Below are positions 62,661 to 64,000 of a stretch of 64,000 bases of DNA, piece after piece (within the stretch, counting starts at the first letter, position 1; every line of letters starts with the position of its first letter). Made by a program: the position numbers and the translations under genes. Under the pieces are notes generated by a model. The model did not search any database and was not told where the DNA came from. It worked only from the letters and a program-made list of their open reading frames with translations. Origin of the DNA: Moniliella sp. 'wahieum' (taxonomy: Eukaryota); the NCBI GenBank assembly GCA_003971905.1, contig RSEE01000041.1:124001-188000 (forward strand). The letters are read 5' to 3'.

Positions 62661-64000
62661 ATGAGCAACGGTGTGTCCCCCGCACACCCATCTGTGCCCC
62701 AACCACCCGTCATCCCTGCTGGCTCCGCAACGATTACTCCGCCCCAGTCGGACCCACGCCCCTCATCGTCGCAAGACAAGCGGCCCCGCAAACAGCGCAA
62801 ACCCATTTCATGCACCGAGTGCCGTCACCGTAAGCTCAAGTACGTGTGTCCCCTTCCTCTCTCCTCACCCTCGTCCCGTTTGTGCTGCTGACACCAAGGC
62901 AGGTGCGACCGACAGGTGCCTGGGTGTTCCGCATGCATTCGCCGCAAGATCCCCTTGAGCGGATGTAAGTTTGGCGATGAACGAGACCATGAGACACCCG
63001 AACAGCGGGAAAAACGCTTGCGCAAGATGGCCGAAGGAGAACAGCGGCGTGCACGGCGCAAGGCTCTCAAGGCAGCGCGGCAACGCGCTGCAGAGCATTT
63101 GCCCCCTGGTGTCTTGTTCTCTGGTGGGTCACAGTTTGGGTACGACGATTCGGGACAACAAGACGAAGATTCGGGCGAATGGGAGCAAAGCGAAGAGGAA
63201 GAGGAGGAAGATGAAAGCGCTCCCAAGCGCATTCGTCTGCCTCGTGAACCGAGTGCAGCGACCGCCTCGACGGCTTCCGTGGCCATTCCCACCACCTTTA
63301 CCCCACCTCCCCTTCCCGCAGCCGGCTCCACTCCTTCGGCCGCAACACATGCGCAGTTGGCCATGCAGGCACGCAACAATGCCGCTCGTTTGGTTGGCCG
63401 GATGGGCACCGCCTCTACATCCCTAGCTTCCCCATCTTTCCACCCCGGTGGTGCCTCCGCCGCGCTCTCGATCGCTACCAGTCCCACTTCCGGAACAACT
63501 TCTACCGGTCTCCATTCGCACGCCGCGGCGAAGAACACACTCTCGGTCCCTCCCCCGGCCCCACCTTCTCCACTACTCACTCTTCACCTACTAGCACGAC
63601 CGTTACCCCGCACTTGCCGCACCACCTGGCCCACGGTGGGTCCCAGATGGCCAGCAGCCCACGGCGAGCGTCGATGCCCGCGTTTGCGATTGTTGCGGAA
63701 GCGGCTGAGCTAAGGCGCAGCAGCACTACCATCTGCCCACCGCCGGAGACCCAAACGCATTTATATGCGTCCGGGAACCAAGATACGACGGAACTGCTGG
63801 ACACACTAGGGAACCAGGACACTACATCGGCCGTCTTGGGTCTTCAGCGTCTCTATGACGAGGGCAGGGACGTGAATGGTTCCGTCGAGGAGGTTGGGCA
63901 AGCGAGGACAAGGCAGGGAGATCAGATTCGTGGGCGGCCTGTCGAGCCAGGGGGGGACAAAGCCCCGGCCGCCGTGGAGGCAAGCCTGTGGACGTCCGGG
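62661..64000 (+). CDS. Zn(II)2Cys6 transcription factor, 5' part (likely runs past the window end)
   Basis: KRPRKQRKPISCTECRHRKLK, then an intron (62841-62902) and CDRQVPGCSACIRRKIPLSGCKF. Confidence 0.88.

Overview
A gene-dense, GC-rich fungal genomic window with GT-AG introns, probably from a basidiomycete (inference) and possibly plant-associated. Most long genes are broken by single-base frameshifts that look like uncorrected long-read indel errors, so many CDS ends are approximate. Recognisable genes: PEX5, an allantoate-type MFS transporter, a PXB/PX/DUF3818 protein, three Zn2Cys6 transcription factors, KRE6/SKN1-like GH16, ERG2, POL3, an F-box protein, VMA10, a GPI-type chitin deacetylase, a DUF3237 protein, TCTP, a PB1 plus multi-ZZ protein, RPS29, a pectin methylesterase and YOP1. 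There are also four intron-containing tRNA genes and a decayed Ty3/Gypsy chromovirus fragment. The main unexplained signal is in the intergenic DNA. It repeatedly contains chains of A...T-bounded palindromes joined by exactly one base, giving a 7-bp period and T-N-A junctions regardless of the palindrome core. The pattern is densest at about 33.7-37.0 kb.
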